27,260 bases of DNA. It comes from a virus (taxonomy: Duplodnaviria > Heunggongvirae > Uroviricota > Caudoviricetes). The notes under the pieces were generated by a model. The model searched no databases. It was not told the origin of the DNA and worked only from the letters and a program-made list of their open reading frames with translations. The translations under genes were made by a program, and so were the position numbers. The DNA is taken from the IMG/VR virus record IMGVR_UViG_2541047905_000014. One strand, written 5' to 3'. Shown one piece after another: positions 25,728 through 27,260 of the stretch. The number at the start of each line of letters is the position of its first letter. The first letter of the stretch is position 1.

Positions 25728-25866
25728 AAAAATGTCCGATAATTTTACTTTCTACCGCAGTTAGTTGATTCGTTGGTCCTGGTAGCACATTGGGCGAGGA
25801 TTTAAATGCCAGGCAACTGAAGGATGATGTTGCAAGGGAGATAGCGAGAATATTTCTGATTTTCAT
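25615..25866 (-). CDS. Hypothetical secreted protein (about 83 aa) with signal peptide
   Basis: Internal ATG at 25866 gives MKIRNILAISLATSSFSCLA signal peptide; GAGG lies upstream. Overlaps the other minus-strand ORF. Confidence 0.3.
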   Translation of the reverse strand: MKIRNILAISLATSSFSCLAFKSSPNVLPGPTNQLTAVESKIIGHFYAPHSALPGTTITGTCDASPVPGCTCPFCTMLRSQNR

Positions 25867-26014
25867 TTGATGATGCCTCTGTGTGAAATGACGGTAAACG
25901 ACGCACTTGTGCCGGCACATAATAGCAAGCACCATAATAGATCAGATTCGATTCTTGCTGTAAGTGATAATCATTCTCGTTTTCGGGTCCTTTCCGTCGA
26001 TCCAACAGGTTACG

Positions 26015-26026
26015 GGGCGGCGACCT
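26015..26026. other. cosN, 12-nt cohesive-end sequence identical to phage lambda
   Basis: GGGCGGCGACCT preceded by GGTTACG and followed by CGCGGGTTTTCGCTATTTATGAAAATTTTCCGG. This matches the lambda genome termini as I remember them for about 45 nt. It lies 184 nt upstream of the terminase small-subunit gene. Confidence 0.8.
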
Positions 26027-26063
26027 CGCGGGTTTTCGCTATTTATGAAAATTTTCCGGGAAC

Positions 26064-26162
26064 CATGTCCGGTTTCTCTTCAAGTTAACTATATGAAAAA
26101 TAAAAAAAGAGGTCTTCTGTGAACCGGACATGCACAAAAAATAGACATGTAAGCCGGACATG
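26064..26162. promoter_or_regulatory. cosB-like region: three CCGGACATG elements (one inverted, two direct) with an intervening A-tract
   Basis: CATGTCCGG at 26064-26072 (inverted), CCGGACATG at 26124-26132 and 26154-26162, with an A-rich tract (GAAAAATAAAAAAAGA) between the inverted and direct copies. Arrangement parallels lambda R3, I1, R2, R1. Confidence 0.5.
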
Positions 26163-26209
26163 ACCGGTTTTGTTGTGATTGTGAAGTGAGAGTTTTTGCG
26201 AGGTGAGGA

Positions 26210-26719
26210 GTGGCTACGCAGACTGAAGTTGCCAGGCATTTAAGTCTGACCGATCGCCAGCTTCGCAGATTGCAGAAATTGCCGGGTGCCCCGATATCGA
26301 ATAAGCGAGGGCAACTGGATCTGGATGCCTGGCGCGATTTTTACATATCGTATCTGAGAAGAAGTAAAAACGATGTGCCTGATGGTGATAGCGAAGACGA
26401 CTATGAGGAGAAATTGCTTATTGCCAGATGGGAACTGACAGCAGAACAGGCTGTTACACAGCAGTTAAAAAATGAGGTGTCAAAAGGAAAACTTATTGAT
26501 ACCGGGTTCTGTATTTTTGCTCTCAGCAAGCTGGCAATGGCGTTATCCAGTACGCTTGATTCCATCCCTTTATCCATGCAGCGACAGTTTCCTGATTTAA
26601 CACCGCGCCATCTTGACCATCTGAAAACCCTTATTGCGAAGGGGGCAAATCAGTGTGCGCGGGCGGGGGATAAATTACCGGATTTACTCGATGAATATAT
26701 CAGAGCAACAACTGAATAA
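26210..26719 (+). CDS. Terminase small subunit (Nu1-like)
   Basis: C-terminal half aligns by eye with lambda Nu1 (DTGFCIFALSKLAMALSSTLDSIPLSMQRQFPDLTPRHLDHLK versus ETAFCTFVLSRIAGEIASILDGLPLSVQRRFPELENRHVDFLK). GTG start directly after an AGGTGAGGAG purine tract. Confidence 0.85.
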   Translation: MATQTEVARHLSLTDRQLRRLQKLPGAPISNKRGQLDLDAWRDFYISYLRRSKNDVPDGDSEDDYEEKLLIARWELTAEQAVTQQLKNEVSKGKLIDTGFCIFALSKLAMALSSTLDSIPLSMQRQFPDLTPRHLDHLKTLIAKGANQCARAGDKLPDLLDEYIRATTE

Positions 26720-26720
26720 T

Positions 26721-27260
26721 ATGATGAGTGCTGTCACAACAGCATTACAGCCCCTGATAAGGGCATTGCCGGTGACGCCAGTTGAATGGGCTGATCAAAA
26801 TTATTATCTGCCTAAAGAATCTTCATATGGTGAGGGAGAATGGAAAACGCTGCCGTTCCAGATCGCCATCATGAACAGCATGGGGAATGATCAGATCCGG
26901 ACTGTTAATCTGATTAAATCTGCCCGTGTTGGCTATACAAAGATGTTGCTGGGGGTGGTCGGGTATTTTATTGAGCATAAATCCCGAAACAGTCTGCTTT
27001 TTCAGCCCACGGATTCTGCCGCTGAAGATTTTATGAAGTCTCACGTGGAGGCGACGATTCGGGATGTGCCATGTCTGAAAGACCTTTCTCCATGGCTGGG
27101 GCGTAAACATCGTGACAATACTCTCACGCTGAAACGCTTTTCATCGGGTGTGGGCTTCTGGTGCCTGGGCGGCGCTGCCGCCAAAAACTACCGTGAAAAA
27201 TCCGTGGACGTGGTCTGCTATGACGAACTTTCCTCGTTCGAACCGGATGTCGAAAAAGAG
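26721..27260 (+). CDS. Terminase large subunit (lambda A-like), 5' partial, runs off the window end
   Basis: Not in the ORF track because no stop falls inside the window. Hand translation MMSAVTTALQPLIRALPVTPVEWADQNYYLPKESSYGEGEWKTLPFQIAIMNSMG...KSARVGYTKMLLGV aligns closely with lambda gpA N-terminus. Confidence 0.9.
   Translation, partial: MMSAVTTALQPLIRALPVTPVEWADQNYYLPKESSYGEGEWKTLPFQIAIMNSMGNDQIRTVNLIKSARVGYTKMLLGVVGYFIEHKSRNSLLFQPTDSAAEDFMKSHVEATIRDVPCLKDLSPWLGRKHRDNTLTLKRFSSGVGFWCLGGAAAKNYREKSVDVVCYDELSSFEPDVEKE

Overview
This window is roughly 27 kb of a lambdoid prophage of the E. coli type, running from the integrase at the left edge to a truncated terminase large subunit at the right edge. 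All calls rest on reading the sequence and on remembered family features; no search was run. The order is: int-xis, a large exonuclease gene, a Qin-like ydfD/dicB/dicF/ydfC-B-A early-left operon, a Rac-like immunity region (HTH repressor, divergent Cro-like gene, YdaT-like gene), O-like and P-like replication genes with iterons inside O, a nin-like block interrupted by a complete IS5, a hok-type toxin locus, a DUF968/HNH gene, rusA, antiterminator Q with a late promoter and terminator, two tRNAs, an uncharacterised module where Stx phages carry stx, nanS-p esterase, a lysis cassette (holin, an inserted 296-aa gene, SAR endolysin, Rz/Rz1), a TonB-C-domain lipoprotein, a lambda-identical cosN, and terminase Nu1/A homologues. 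No Shiga toxin genes and no CRISPR array are present. Nothing here is demonstrably a new system, but five cargo positions hold unrecognised genes: a low-GC convergent gene pair between ydfC and dicF (4640-5573), the Q-tRNA downstream module (17831-19338), the gene between holin and endolysin (22199-23089), the small membrane ORFs between R and Rz, and the TonB-C lipoprotein (24925-25251).
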